Positions 1 to 11,706 of a DNA stretch of 64,000 bases are shown here, piece after piece. The DNA lies in contig JBHGNT010000109.1 in assembly GCA_043228905.1 (NCBI GenBank), forward strand, positions 19,660 to 83,659, in the 5' to 3' direction. Position 1 is the stretch's first letter; each line of letters starts with the position of its first letter. The notes beneath the pieces were generated by a model. It did not search any database and had not been told where the DNA came from. It was given only the letters and a program-made list of their open reading frames with translations. A program made the translations under genes and the position numbers. Source of the DNA: Azolla caroliniana. Lineage: Eukaryota; Plantae; Polypodiophyta.

Positions 1-177
1 CAAAGTGCTCTTGAAGCACGTGTCATTAGTCTACAACGTGAGACTAATACACATTATGAGCGACAGGGTGAACCATCGTTTGTCGTTAAGCCATTTACGG
101 GAGACAAAAAGGAAAGAACCGAAGAAGCAATCTGCACATGGCTGGGTCGATGGGAGTCTCATTTTGAGCTCTATCCC

Positions 178-732
178 ATGCCACATAGTACGAAGATTGC
201 ATTTGTCGGCCGAGAACTAGGGGGTAAGGCCGCCGCTTGGTGGCGTGGGCTTCATACTTTGGGGAAATTGCCCGATACATGGACAGATTTTGTCACAGTT
301 TTCAAGGTCTTATTTCTGCAACCTCCCTCTCGAACCGAGGCAGCACAAGCTTTAATGAACCTCTTTAGCAGGAAGTTTTCCTCGCTAGAAGACTATGTCC
401 ACCATGCTAGAACCCAAATCCAAAAATCGGGTCTAGCAGGGGACAACTAGTTAATAGCTTGTTTTGTCAATGGCATCCCCAATTCGGACTATCACTGGAT
501 AGTGCACGATAAGGATCCAAAATTCTTCGAAGAGGCCGTTGAAATAGTTCTTTCCTATCAACACACTTCGAAGAAGAACCACAACAAACCCAACGAAGTG
601 CCCAGGACTAAGCAGTCGCAATTCGTTGGGAAACGCAAGACACCCAACGAATTCATGGATCGCGATTGTAAGCGACAACATCCTTTTTGCGTATTCTGCA
701 AAAAGAAGGGTCATACAAAAGATCAATGTTGA
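178..732 (+). pseudogene. gag: gag remnant of family A chromovirus
   Basis: LGGKAAAWW capsid-like motif; zinc knuckle CVFCKKKGHTKDQC; internal stop at 448-450. Confidence 0.75.
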
Positions 733-858
733 AAGCTCCAACGGAAAGAGCACGACAACAAAGCTAAAGCTGCAGACCATAAAGGTCTGATTCCTAATGT
801 CCTTCAGGTCTATACACATCATTTAAGTAATTGTCAATGTTCTTTCCCTCACTATGTA

Positions 859-3800
859 TTGGGTCCCAATGATTTACTACGTGCAAATGAGTATATCAAT
901 GGATCTCCCATACAATTTTTATTTGATTCAGGAAGCTCACACAATTTTGTGAATGATCGTTTGGTTCAAATATGGGGAATCCAACCAACCGTAAGTGATC
1001 ACACCTACACGGTGCACTTGGCTGATGGAAGAGTACAATACATCAACGGGGCGATTCATTCATTAGGAATTTCTATTGATACTTATATAGAGGAAGTAGA
1101 CTTCCATGTAATGAATCTTTGTACCACCGATGTAATACTGGGTTATCCCTGGTTTTATAATAAAAACTCTTCTTTATTTATTGATTGGGTTCGCCATTCC
1201 ATTTCTTTTGTACTGAACGATTGTACGCATTTTATTCAATGTATCAAAAAACAATCCCTCTCGATTGTTTCCTCGTGTTCATCAAAATCCGAGTTGTCTT
1301 GTCTTACGTTATTTTATTGTGTACTTGATCCGGACATTCACGTTTACAATATCGATAATGTCCTGGTTCAATTAACATATTTTGACCAACAACAACTTGA
1401 TGAAATCTTAAATGATTTGCATGATGTTTTTCCAAGTGAACTACTAAACGTAATATAGACCATTGTATAGATATTGTACCTGGTGTTGCACCAATAAGTA
1501 TACCTCCTTATCGCTTAAGTCGATCCGAAGAGGATGAGGTAGCTAAGCAACTCAAGGACTATTTACGAATGGGTTATATACGTTATAGCAAATCTCCATG
1601 GGGGGCACCAGTTCTCTTGGTTAAAAAGAAAGAGGGGACATGGCGTATGTGTATTAATTACCGACGCTTGAATAAAGTGACGATCAAGAATTTGTATCCA
1701 TTGCCCAAGGCTGACAATCTAATTGACCGTCTCCAGGGAGTTCGGTATTTTACGAAACTTGATCTCCGTATTGGCTACCATCAAATTCGTATAAGTGAGG
1801 ACGATGTTCCTAAAACGGCATTTCGTACGCGCTATGGCCATTATGAGTTTTTGGTTATGCCTTTTGGTTTGACCAATGCTCCGGTTACATTTCAACAAGA
1901 AATGAATGACATTTTCCGAGAACAACTTGGGAAATTTGTCGTTATTTTCTTGGATGATATTTTAGTTTATAGTCGTAAATTACAAGAACATGCGAAACAT
2001 GTCCGCTTTGTTTTACAAACAGAAAAATAGTTTGATGCAAAGATCTCAAAATATGAGTTCTTCAAGAAATCAATTACTTATCTTGGACATCTCATAACCG
2101 AACGAGGAGTTGAAATTGATCCTTCTCGCATCGAGAAAATCAAGCTTTGGCCCACTCTTCGAAATATATGAGAAGTTCGATCATTCCTTGGTTTTATCGG
2201 GTTTTTGCAAAAATCTCTTCGTAATTACTCCCAATTGACGACGCCGTTTACTGATCTTCTAAAAGGTCAAACGCGTAAGTCTACAAAACCTATTGTGTGG
2301 AATGTTACACTAAACCTCGCCTTCAAGGAACTCAAGGACCTGGTATGCAGGGCTCGTTCACTTCTTTTACCCAATCCTTCAAAACCTTTTGAGGTTGAAA
2401 CCGATGCAAGAGATTATCCTATAGGTGTTGTCTTATATGAAGATGGTAAACCAATAACATTCGAGAGTAAGAAACTTGATTCTTCTTAATGTCGGTATAC
2501 CGTTCAAGAAAATGAATTATTTGCAGTTATACATGCGCTCAAAACATGGCGCCATTCTCTTTATGGAAATCACTTTGTGGTAACTACGGACCACGAGTCC
2601 TTGAAATATTTTTGTGAACAACAAGACTTGAAAGGTCGTAAGGCACGATGAGTTGATCTCATCCAGGACTTTGAACACTGTCGCTGATGCACTAAGTCGC
2701 ATCCGTGAAGTTAACATGCTTAGCTTCACTGAAATAACATCAGATCTTTATGATCACCTTCGAGGAAAGTATCCTGATGACAGTTATTTCGCAAAATACT
2801 AGGTAAAAGTTGAGTCTGGAACAGACACCACCACATCCTCGAAGGAATACTTCCACATTGCTAACGGTCTGCTCTACTGTAATGGCAAGGTTTGTGTTCC
2901 AGATTTACCCGAGGTCAAAAAGAGGATTCTTTTTGAATGCCATGATGCACCCTCAGCAGGGCACCCTGGAATACATCGTACACTCGTTCTCATCTCCACT
3001 CAATTTTATTGGCCTAAGATGTGCCCTGACATACATAGCTATGTGACTAAATGTCACCAATGTCAGGTTAACAAAGCCGAGCGACTTAAAGCCGCGGGAC
3101 TTTTACATTCCTTGGACATTCCCAACAATAAGTGGGAAAGTATATTCATGAATTTTATTGTTAGCGTTCCTCGCACCCAAAAAGGCCATGATGCCATCTG
3201 GGTTATGGTTGATCGACTAACTAAAATGGCCAGATTTACTGCTACTAAAACCACGGTTTACAGCTCCTTAATTGGCTTACCAATTCGTTGACGAATTATT
3301 TCGTTTTTATGGGTTACCAATGGATATCGTGAGTGATCGAGATCCAAAATTTACTAGTGACTTCTGGATGCAAGTCTTTAAGAAGTTAGAAATTACGTTG
3401 AGCATGAGCTCCACGGATCATCCTCAATCCGATGGACAAACAGAATGAGTAAATCAAATTATTGAGGACATGCTTCGAGCATATGTTGGTGCCAAACCAA
3501 CAAAATGGGAACGTTATCTCCCAAATTTGGAGTTTTGTTATAACAGCTCCAAGCATACGTCGACGGGATATAGTCCTTTTATGTTGATGTATGGTTTTCA
3601 GCCACGAGCCCCGATTGATGTTAATATACATCATGATGAGTTGCGAAGTACGCAAAACTTTCTCCGGGATATGCAAGATATGTATTATATTGCACGAGAT
3701 AATATAAAAATAGCTCAAGATAGACCATGTTTTTATGTTGATCATCATAGGCAACCTCGTGTATTCAACCTTGGACAGAAGGTATTTTTACGTGTACCTC

Positions 3801-4231
3801 ACAATTCTAAGACATTGTCTAAGGGTAAGCACGCTAAGTTATCCCCACGGTTTTGTGAACCTTTTACAGTCCTCAAACGCATTGGGTCATCAGCTTATCG
3901 TTGTGCTCTTCCCGATGGTGTTGGAATTCATCCAGCCTTTCATGTGAGTCGTCTAAAAGAACTTCCAGGTTCTGGCAACAATACAGTTACAACTGAAACT
4001 CTGGTTACTTTTGAAGATTTATCTTCTAAACCACATGTACCAAAAAGAATTCTCGATGTTAAAACAAAAAAATTACGTGCCAAAGAAATCCGAGAATTTA
4101 AAATAAAATGGATGGATAAATCAATAAAAGATGCCACATGGGAACGCGAGAGTACTCTCAAAACTAACTTTCCTAACTTTCATATGCAAGAGTGCAATGT
4201 TTTAAAGAGGGGGAGTATGTTACATGCATGA
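859..4231 (+). pseudogene. pol: pol remnant (PR, RT, RNase H, integrase, type II chromodomain)
   Basis: LFDSGSSHNF; [13 protein letters not shown]...FLDDILVYS; FEVETDA; WVMVDRLTKMARF; C-terminal VPKRILD...IKW...DATWE. Fragmented into several ORFs. Confidence 0.9.
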
Positions 4232-4648
4232 CCATATAATATCCCGTGGTGAGAATTTACCGTAGTATTCTATACACGTGGATAAGTGTGAGTGTTAAAC
4301 GAGAATGTAAAGAAGGGGAGGATTACTTTTAAATCCTCGGGATTGAGACAACCCATTAGGCCAAGTGTTAACATGGTTGGGGCCTTGGGTATCACTATAA
4401 ATAGAGGCCTAACTACCCTCATTTCATTATCTTGTTGACTACGTCGAGACTTTGTCTTGTGGTGGGTCAACTCTTGTAGCAAGCGCGCCAGCACCAAGTA
4501 TGACTCGACGCCACAGTGGTGGTATGGGATGCCGATTGAGGCTCGAGTCCATCTCGATCCCTTCGCTCGGGAGTCCACCCTTCTTTCTCTCTCTCCTTTC
4601 TTTCTATCTATCCTTATCTGATGCTTACTTTAGTACATGTCTCTAATA
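4218..4648 (+). repeat. Family A 3' LTR
   Basis: Starts TGTTAC right after the PPT, ends CTCTAATA; similar to copies at 20921-21380, 28089-28544, 28903-34736 (split) and 38932-39173. Confidence 0.9.
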
Positions 4649-6866
4649 ATCCGGCCCTTAGCATTCGTCCAAAATATCCAGAATACTCTGCTCCAAGGTG
4701 TCCAATGGTTCTTCGAGAATCTGTTGTTGTTGCTGTTGTGGCTGCTGTTGCTCCGACTTCAGTTCCTTTGACTGTTGCTCCTTGGGTGGCGTCGGTTCGG
4801 CTCCCGGTACCGGCGGTTGTGGCGGTGATTCCTCCGTCAACTGCTCTGCCATTTGACTCCAGTTTACTTGCCCCGGCCTTGTCCTCATCCAGTCCTTGCC
4901 CCGACGATGGGTCCTCATCGCTGAGGTTGACGGTCGCTGCTTGCCTTGCTTCTTCTTGCCGTAGCCTAGTCCGGTCATAGCTTTCAAACTGGATTTTAGC
5001 ATCTAGTCGATCATCGTCCAACTGTGCTACTAGTTGTCGGACCACTGCTGACTGTTCCTCCGCCAAAGTTACAAAGTCTTTTGCTAACTCATCTCTTACG
5101 GTGGTGAAGTCCTCCTTCGTTAGCATGTGGCAGTCGTCGCCATCCTTCTGCCGGTTTTCCGCGTACGCCCTTAGCAACTGGAGCCTCGTTGTGTGCTTTG
5201 CCCATTTGTCCCACCATTGCGCGGAGCTTTCGTCAATCATGCGTTTTGTCTTGTTCCTCCATGCCTGGACAATGAACTGGAGCCGCTTCCTTCTCCCGTG
5301 TCTGCTTCCTTCTCCCGGTAATGTGACAATTGGTTTTGGTAGGTGTTCTGCAACCTCTGCAATACCATTGTCGCTCTTTCCTTTTCTTCATAATGCTGCT
5401 TATGGAGCTCCATACGTTCCTGTGCGGCTTCCTCTAGTAGCGTTGTTCTTTCAGCCCGTTCTTCAGCTAGCGTTGTCTCGGCTCGATGAACTTCTTGCCG
5501 GAGCTCTGCCATCTTCTCCTGCTGCTTCTTATGCTCTGTATCCAGGTGCTCAAAATCATCGGTCTTCTTCTTCAACTTCTGGTTGAGTTGTCGGCGAGCG
5601 CAGTCTTCCCGATCTTTCTATTGATGGAGTTCTTCTTTAAGTCTTTCAATCTCCATTTCCGCCATCGGTCACAACTTATCCTTTTCTTGCAACACTTTCT
5701 CTTTCTCCTTCTTAAGCTGGTCATATGCATGATGTCCTTTCCGTAGATTCTCTTCTGCCCGGCGGAGGTTCTCAGCAGTCTTTCTTTGTTCTTCTTCAGC
5801 TGCTTTCTTCATGTCCCTTTCTCGGGTGTGTAATGCTTCTTGTGTGGCCAATTCATCTTTCAATTCGGCAAGCTCTTTCGCTTGCGCCACCACTGTCTCC
5901 AGGACTGGTTCCATCTCCGGGGTCTTATTACTATGTACAGGTGTTGGTGTGTCTTTATTCTGTACATCTACCAGAGTCACTAGTGCTTGGATCTGTGGTC
6001 CGGTTAAGGCCATTTTGGCCAATTCTTCTGTGGCCAGGTCCAAGTCTTGTTCTAGGTGCCAGATCCTCGACCGAGCCATCTCTAGTTCTCCGGTTGTGAC
6101 TAGCAACCGGTCCATCTGCGCTTTCTCTTCCTCCTCTATGTAGTGCACCACTCCGGCAATCTGTTCTCCAATCCACCGGAGCCATTGGCTGCCGGTACCT
6201 TGTTGTTGCATATGCACGAAGGGTTGGTTGTTGGTTCCGCTAGCTAGTGGTCGGTCTTGTCCGGTTGCGTCGAGCTGCAACTCAGTCTCTGGTTGGTGAC
6301 CACTTTGCCATTCTAGTTCCGGTTGCACCTCTGTTGGCCGCTCCGCTTCTGTTGAGAGACAAGCTCAACATGGGCCGGATCGGCTGAGCAAGCCGAGGAC
6401 TGGATCGGTTGGGACCGGATCGGTGCGTAAAACGGATATGGCATTGGTGCGTAAAACGGATACGCAAACCGGTGCGTGACGAGAGGCCGTATCGGTGCGT
6501 AAACCGAAAGGCCGTTAGAGAGATATTCCTCGTAAGGAATAGTTTTGGGAGTAAGTGTCGAGGCTCATTCATGAGCAGTCAAGTACTATCAGTACTTGTG
6601 TCAGCCGATTGTTAGGGCTTGTATAAAAAGGTGCTCACTGAGTTAGTATTTTTTGAATTGAGTTTTTCTGTGTGTTCTCTCTCTCTGTCTCTCCCGCATA
6701 CTGTGTATACTCAAGCTCTCCATTAAACCTACGTATTTTCTATGTGTTTGGTTTTCTATTGCTTCCGCACATAATCTTTTACATGGTATCAGAGCGCGAG
6801 GGTTGAGAACCTCTGCAGCCGACATAGCTTGAAAGAAAAACCAACTAAGAAGAACAGGCAAAACCA

Positions 6867-9800
6867 ATGGATAGAGGCATGGCTAGCTCGCTTCCGACGG
6901 AGAAGCTCGACAGAAAGAACTATGCGTCTTGGTCTTACAAGATGCACTAGTACCTGCTCGGACACGATTACTGGAGCTATGTTGATGGAGCAAATGACAC
7001 AATACTCGATTCGACACACAAAGACTTCCCGGTGTGGGAACAATCGGCGAGCAGAGTGTTGTACTATTTCACGTCTTGTGTGGGCGAACAACTATTAACC
7101 TACATTCGGGATGCAAAAACACTGAAGGGTGCGTGGGAAAATCTAAAGAAGATCTTCGCCGCGAGCACCACAACCAGGAAGCTTCAATTCGGATAGGAAT
7201 TGAGCAACCTACGACAACGCGATTTGTCGGTAGCTGACTATACCTCGAAGATCAAGGACATATGCGACTCCTTAGCTTCCATCGATGTGAACATCGAGGA
7301 AAGCGAGATGGTCCAGGTCTGTCTCAGGGGTTTGGCGTCGAAGTTCGGGGCGTTCTGAACTGTTGTGTGTACCCGGGAGAATACGCCGTCCTTTTTCGAC
7401 TTACAGTCGATGCTCCTGGTAGAGGAGAACCACACGGGTGCGTCAACGAGAACGCACACCGACAAGAAGATGTTGTACACGGAGGGAGATAGGCCCCGTG
7501 GACATGGAGGACGAGGCGAGTCGGTGCGCAATGGAGGCGGCCCACGAGATCAAGGAAGCAGGCACCGAAATGATGCCGACAGCAATTCCGGACCCTCTGG
7601 AAACAAGGGGAGTCGAGGCGATGAGAACCGGCAAGGGAAACCCGCCACGGAATGCTGGTATTGTGGCAAGAAAGGCCACAAGGAGAGCAAGTGCTGGAAA
7701 AAGCGCGCCGAGCCGGAGAGGACCGGTTTCGGATTTAGTTCCGGACATACTGACAAAGGAAACCGGCAACGATCGCACTACGCCGAAGGATCCAGAAAAG
7801 CCGGAAAAGGGACTCCCTTCGTGACAAGACATGAAGCAAACTCAATGAAGCAGACCACCCCGAAATCGGACGAGGTGTGGTACGTCGACTCCGGCGCGTC
7901 AAATCACATGACGAGCCATAAGGAGTGGTTCTCGTACCTAGAAGAACCGATGCAACTAGGAGTAGTCGCAACCGGAGACGACACTCCGCATCCGATCGCG
8001 AATGTCGGAGAAGTTCCGTTGAGCCATGTCGGGAAGAAAGGGAAACTCATGAACGTGCTACACGTTCCGACAATCACGAAAAACTTGGTGTCGGTCGGAC
8101 ATATCATCAACCAAGGGATGGAGGTCCGGTTTACACACCTCGGGTGCTTCATTGAGGAAGAAGGCCGTGTTATTGCGCAAGGGCGCAGAGACGGGAGGAT
8201 GTTCATCCTCGACTCTACTGACGGTGGCACCGCAATGTTCGCGAAGGGACAAAAAGTCGAGTCGGACATCGACTTATGGCACAAGCGGATAGGCCATGTC
8301 AACTACTAATGGCTTCAAGACCTGCAATCGAAACAAGTGGTGTTCGGATTGCCCAAATTTAGTGGCCGGAAGGCACACATTTGTGAAGCCTGCCAGCTTG
8401 GGAAGCAACACCGACTTCCTTTCCCCAATGAGCGTAACCGGAGCCGGAACAAGCTCGATTTGATACACTCCAATTTGTGGGGGCTGGCACAAAATGTTAG
8501 TCTTGGCGGGAGCCGATATTTTGTCTCCTTCATCGACGACTACACGCGGCACACGTGGATCTACCTCATTGAGAGGAAGAGCGACGTCTTCGACTATTTC
8601 CGGGACCTCAAAGGGTTCGTGGAAACGGAAACAGGAAGAAAGATCAAGTGCCTGTGGTCGGATGGCGGAAAAGAATACTTTTCCAGTCAATTCAATGGTT
8701 ATCTACAACAGATGGGAATTCGGCGCGAATTCAATTGTAGATACACGCCGGAGAAAAACGGCATGGCCGAGAGGAAAAATTGGTCGGTTGTGGAAGCGGC
8801 ACGGGCAATGCTGGAGGAGAAGAGCTTGCCCAAGTTCTACTGGGCCGAGGTGGTAAGGACCGTGGTATACATCCAGAATCGGATCGGAGACACAGTCTCA
8901 GCGCATGAGCTATATTTCGGAAGGAAGCCGAATTTACGACACTTGAGAGTTTTCGGTAGCATTGCGTATGTGCATGTGCCGAAGGAGAAACGGAGGAAGC
9001 TGGACGCAAAGGCCGAGAAGAGTATCTTGGTCGGCTATTCGGACGAGCAGAAGGGTTATAAGTGTTATAACCCACGCACCAAACAAGCGCGCGTGAGCCG
9101 CGACGTTGTTTTTGACCAATCCGCGTCCTGGTACTTGCCTCTGACTCCAGACCTCACCTCCAATCCGAGTTCTGACGATGAGGCCAGCAAGGCCGAGATG
9201 CCTCCGGATGAGCCTGAAATCGGGACCCGCGAAGAGAGTCTGACTTCGGTTCGCTTAAGTGGACCACATGGGCATATGAGTCGGTTTGACCAGTCCGATG
9301 AAGAGCCGGCGAGTAGTGGAGACTCGGCCATGCATTCCCCACGCAAGAAACCGAGGAGACGGCTTATGCGCAAAGAGAAAGGGAAGAAGAAGGTGTCGGA
9401 TTCCGGCACAGATAGGAACGAGTCAGACCGACGCGAGTCCGACTCCGAGGGAAGCAGTGATGGGTCTTCAAGAGCGAAGTCCGCGTCGGCCGAGAAAACC
9501 TCAACATCGGCTAAGGACCGATTACGTTGATCTACCCGCTAGAAGAACCTAGTTGTGTGGTTCAAATACAATGAGTACATGGCGCATCATTATGCATACA
9601 TGACTCGTGTAGCGGAAGTGCGTGAGCCAGAGACTACGTAGAAGCAGCTAAGGACGCGAATTGGCGCGCCGCGATGGAGGAAGAGATGCACGCATTGGCG
9701 GAAAACGAGACCTGGGACTTGGTTGATGCACCGAAGGGTATGAAGCCAATCGGATGTAGGTGGGTGTACAAGGTCAAGTACAACACCGATGGCTCGGTCA

Positions 9801-11706
9801 ACTGATACAAGGCCCGGTTAGTGGCAAAAGGCTACACGCAGAAACACGACATCGACTACGATGAGACGTTTCCACCGGTCGCGAAGATGACGACCGTCCG
9901 TGTTTTGCTCGCGGTAGCTGCGACAAAAGGGATGGCACTTACATCTGATGGATGTAAAGAATGTGTTCTTGCAAGGTGATCTTGAGGAACAGGTGTACAT
10001 GGTACAACCCCCTGGATTTCACTCCGGAACGAACACGTCGGCAGTGTGCCGATTGAAGAAGTCCCTTTACAGATTGAAGCAAGCCACGCGTGCCTGGAAC
10101 GCGAAGATCACGCAGAAACTGCGTCGGATGGAATTTGCAATGTCAAAATCAAACTCTTCCCTATTCATCCAGAAAGGTCGACTCGGTCTAGTTAGTATTT
10201 TACTATATGTTGATGACTTGGTCATCACCGACGCCGACCTAGATGAAATCGACCGCGTGAAGCTCCAGCTTGCGGCATCGTTCGACATGAAGGATCTGGG
10301 GGATCTTCATTACTTCCTCAGGATCGAAGTGATCCGTACCCCTGAAGGCATATTGATCAGCCAACGCCATTATGTGCTGAGTATGCTCTTCAAATTCGGG
10401 ATGGCCAACTGTAAGTCCGTCTTGACTCCTCTGGATAGAACCGTCAAGCTTCGCCCCAATTCCGGCAAGGTATGCGACCCGACGAGGTTCCGAGCCTTAT
10501 CTACTTGACAATCACCCGACTTGATCTCAGTTATCCGGTCGGGGTGATCAGTTAGTTCATGGCGCCACCTACCGAGGAGCACCTTCAATGTGCGCAACGC
10601 ATACTGCGGTACGTAAGCGGCACTAAGGACCGGGGATTGTTACATCGGACCGGTACAACCTCGCAGTTGGTCGGCTACATTGATGCTAATTGGGATGGTA
10701 ACGCCGCTAATCGCCGATCCACGTCCGGATACGCATTCTCTCTTGGGAGTGCCGCGATCGTGTGGAGTAGTAAGAAGCAGTTGACAGTTGCACTGTCGAG
10801 CACCGAAGCTAAGTATTGAGGAGCGGCTGTCGCGACATGCGAAGCCATATGGTTGAAGCGGCTACTTAAGGACCTGCATTCTCTCTTGGGAGTGCCGCGA
10901 TTGCGTGGAGTAGTAAGAAGTAGTCGACAGTTGCACTGTCGAGCACCGAAGCTGAGTACCGAGGAGCGGCTGTCGCGACATGCGAAGCCATATGGTTGAA
11001 GCGGCTACATAAGGACTTGCAAAAGGAGGTGTCCTATCCGACGATGATCTACTGCAACAACCTCAGCAGCATCCAGCTTGCGAAGAAGCCCGTTTTCCAC
11101 GTACGGACCAAGCACATTGAGGTGCACTACCATTTTGTCCGTGAGCATGTCCTTTCTAGTGAAGTCGAACTTCAGTATGTTCCGATGGATCGGCAGACTG
11201 TCGACAACTTCACCAAGCCTCTTGGTCTGGACAAGTTGTGGCAATTCTCGGGTGCGCTTGGGTTGCGTCACCTCGACGTGCCGAACTTGAGGGGGAGAGA
11301 TCTCCCAAATGACCACGGAAGGGGGAGAGAAGACCGCGACGCCGAGTTGGATGACGAATTCGATTTCGGATTGGTTGAAGAAGCCGAGGGCGGATCCACA
11401 GAAGAGTCCAAAAGCAGACATAAGGGGAGCAGCCGAAAGAAAGAGCCGAAGCCAACCAAGCACGGGGGAGATGACACCGTCAACGGCAAGAAGACCAAAG
11501 ACGAGTTGGAGACATCCAACTCAGACGAAAGCGAAAACCGATCGGAGGTAGCTGAGTCGGTTCAGATGTTTGATTCGGATACACTGAATCAGCCGAGGGC
11601 CAAGCGGAAAAGAATGCAGCAAGAGATGCACCAACACCGCGACATCAAGGGAGCTGTGAAGGGCCGTGGGAGCCGACAAGCCGACTGGAAGGGTAGGAGC
11701 GTGTAG
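6867..11706 (+). pseudogene. Copia gag-pol polyprotein with stops
   Basis: CWYCGKKGHKESKC; WYVDSGASNHMT; LWHKRIGH; YFVSFIDDYTR; [10 protein letters not shown]; LYVDDL; RTKHIEVHYHF. Confidence 0.9.
10733..11021 (+). repeat. 143-bp tandem duplication inside Copia RNase H
   Basis: GCATTCTCTCTTGGGAGTGCCGCG begins at both 10733 and 10876; GCA microhomology at the junction. Confidence 0.9.

Larger units (their letters stand above)
1..4648 (+). mobile_element. Ty3/Gypsy chromovirus (family A; Tekay/Reina-like), degenerate, 5' end outside window
   Basis: Domain order gag-PR-RT-RH-IN-chromodomain; PPT AAAGAGGGGGAG at 4204-4215; 3' LTR 4218-4648; many stops and frameshifts. Confidence 0.92.

Noticed and set aside
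4641-4648. Family A LTRs ending in TA as a non-canonical terminus
   Set aside because: Within one element the 5' LTR ends TA (34736) and the 3' LTR ends CA (39173), so C>T decay is sufficient.
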